Part shown: piece by piece, positions 63,401 to 64,000 of the stretch
How the letters are laid out: each line of letters opens with the position of its first letter
Numbering within the stretch: position 1 is the first letter of the stretch
NCBI GenBank assembly: GCA_963762255.1
Contig: CAVXKA010000001.1
Coordinates: 1,460,147 to 1,524,146 of the forward strand
Length of the DNA: 64,000 nt
Direction: 5' to 3'
Origin: Candidatus Eiseniibacteriota bacterium
GTDB taxonomy: Bacteria > Eisenbacteria > RBG-16-71-46 > JABDJR01
Made by a program: the position numbers and the translations under genes
The notes under the pieces: model-generated
Told to the model about the DNA's origin: nothing
Database searches by the model: none
Seen by the model: only the letters and a program-made list of their open reading frames with translations

Positions 63401-63799
63401 ATGCAGTGCGCGTTCCGCGGGCACGTGGCGGCGTTGTGCGACGAGAAGACCGCATCGGACGGCGAGGTGTTCGCCGAGGGCATCCGCCGTCTCGGAATCG
63501 GCACGCTGATCGGCACGCGCACCTGGGGCGGAGAGATCTGGCTCAGCTCGGACAACTTCCTCGTCGACGGCGGCATCGCCACCGCCGCCGAGTACGGCGT
63601 GTACGGACCGGAAGGGGAGTGGCTCATCGAGGGCCACGGCGTCGAGCCCGACATCGTGGTGGACAACTTGCCGCACGCGACGTTCCGAGGCGAAGACGCG
63701 CAGCTCAAGGCGGCGGTGGATCACCTGCTCAAGAAGTTGGCGGACGAGCCGGTGCCGCCTCCGCCGCAACCCGAGTATCCCGACAAGTCGTTCAAGTAG
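60492..63799 (+). CDS. tricorn-protease homologue (beta-propellers + PDZ + S41-like catalytic domain), interrupted by two frameshifts at (CG)n runs (about 62847-62858 and about 63079-63092)
   Basis: The ATG at 60492 gives a signal peptide. The propeller region reads GDIWKVPDTGGTATRLTSHAGNEATPAISPDGKTLAFV. The PDZ domain (GYRVEHIYRSDPDEPGRASPLARPGVNVADGDVITMVNGVP) is in the +1 frame. The S41-like catalytic domain (LIVDVRRNTGGNIDSW...TASDGEVFAEG...TRTWGGEIW) is in ORF 63098..63799. Confidence 0.7.
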
Positions 63800-63852
63800 G
63801 GCGCGCGCGGGGCGCCCTCGCGTCCCGCGCAATTCCCCGCGGAGCGGTCAAC

Positions 63853-64000
63853 ATGACGGAGGACTTGTTCGTTCTCTACGTTGCGGATCAAAGACGGAGC
63901 GCGGCGTTCTACGCGGCCGTGTTGGGCCGCGAGCCGAGGCTGGATGTGCCGGGGATGACCGAGTTCGACCTGCCCGGCGGGGGCGCGCTCGGCCTGATGC
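63853..64000 (+). CDS. VOC/glyoxalase-like protein (3' partial)
   Basis: ATG at 63853. The N-terminus MTEDLFVLYVADQRRSAAFYAAVLG resembles a VOC-family beta-alpha-beta-beta-beta start. Truncated by the window end. Confidence 0.4.
   Translation, partial: MTEDLFVLYVADQRRSAAFYAAVLGREPRLDVPGMTEFDLPGGGALGLM

Overview
This window is a high-GC (about 70%) bacterial chromosomal segment, densely coded on both strands. Most long antisense ORFs in the six-frame track are GC artefacts that shadow real genes. No rRNA, tRNA or CRISPR array was found. A lineage guess: sigma-54 dependence, TPR-rich proteins and a T9SS-type C-terminal sorting domain suggest an FCB-group or Gemmatimonadota-like organism. Main content, in order:
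- a cell-envelope and division cluster: HtrA protease (5' partial), M23/LytM peptidase, AMIN-domain AmiC-like amidase;
- a STAS anti-sigma antagonist with a CheW-like gene;
- copA, a beta-CASP MBL RNase and an FAD protein;
- a znuABC zinc transporter;
- a second HtrA followed by a strong terminator;
- a lipoprotein, a degenerate ImmA-like gene and a FAH-family gene that overlap start to stop;
- a TPR protein and an SbcD/SbcC-like pair;
- an ABC exporter and a sigma-54 enhancer-binding protein, followed by a textbook -24/-12 promoter driving a lipoprotein gene;
- dCMP deaminase, a disrupted PLD-family gene and a triple-rhodanese protein;
- M16 peptidase, a GAF protein, a CPBP protease and another TPR protein;
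- two TonB-C domain proteins and an outer-membrane beta-barrel;
- thiC with a TPP riboswitch, a deacetylase-like protein and a GT4 glycosyltransferase;
- a thiI interrupted by a frameshift;
- a large secreted GH57-like enzyme whose T9SS-type C-terminal domain lies in a shifted frame;
- a SAM methyltransferase;
- a low-GC island of about 5 kb carrying a small unknown protein, a GHKL-type ATPase, and a protein with three RNAP alpha-CTD-like domains plus a sigma-70 region-4-like HTH;
- a tricorn-protease homologue with two frameshifts.
The most unusual element is the low-GC island module, a candidate undescribed defence or transcription-interference system. Second is the recurrent frame disruption of otherwise conserved genes (seven lesions, including a 23-bp tandem duplication), which points either to assembly indel errors or to pseudogenisation.
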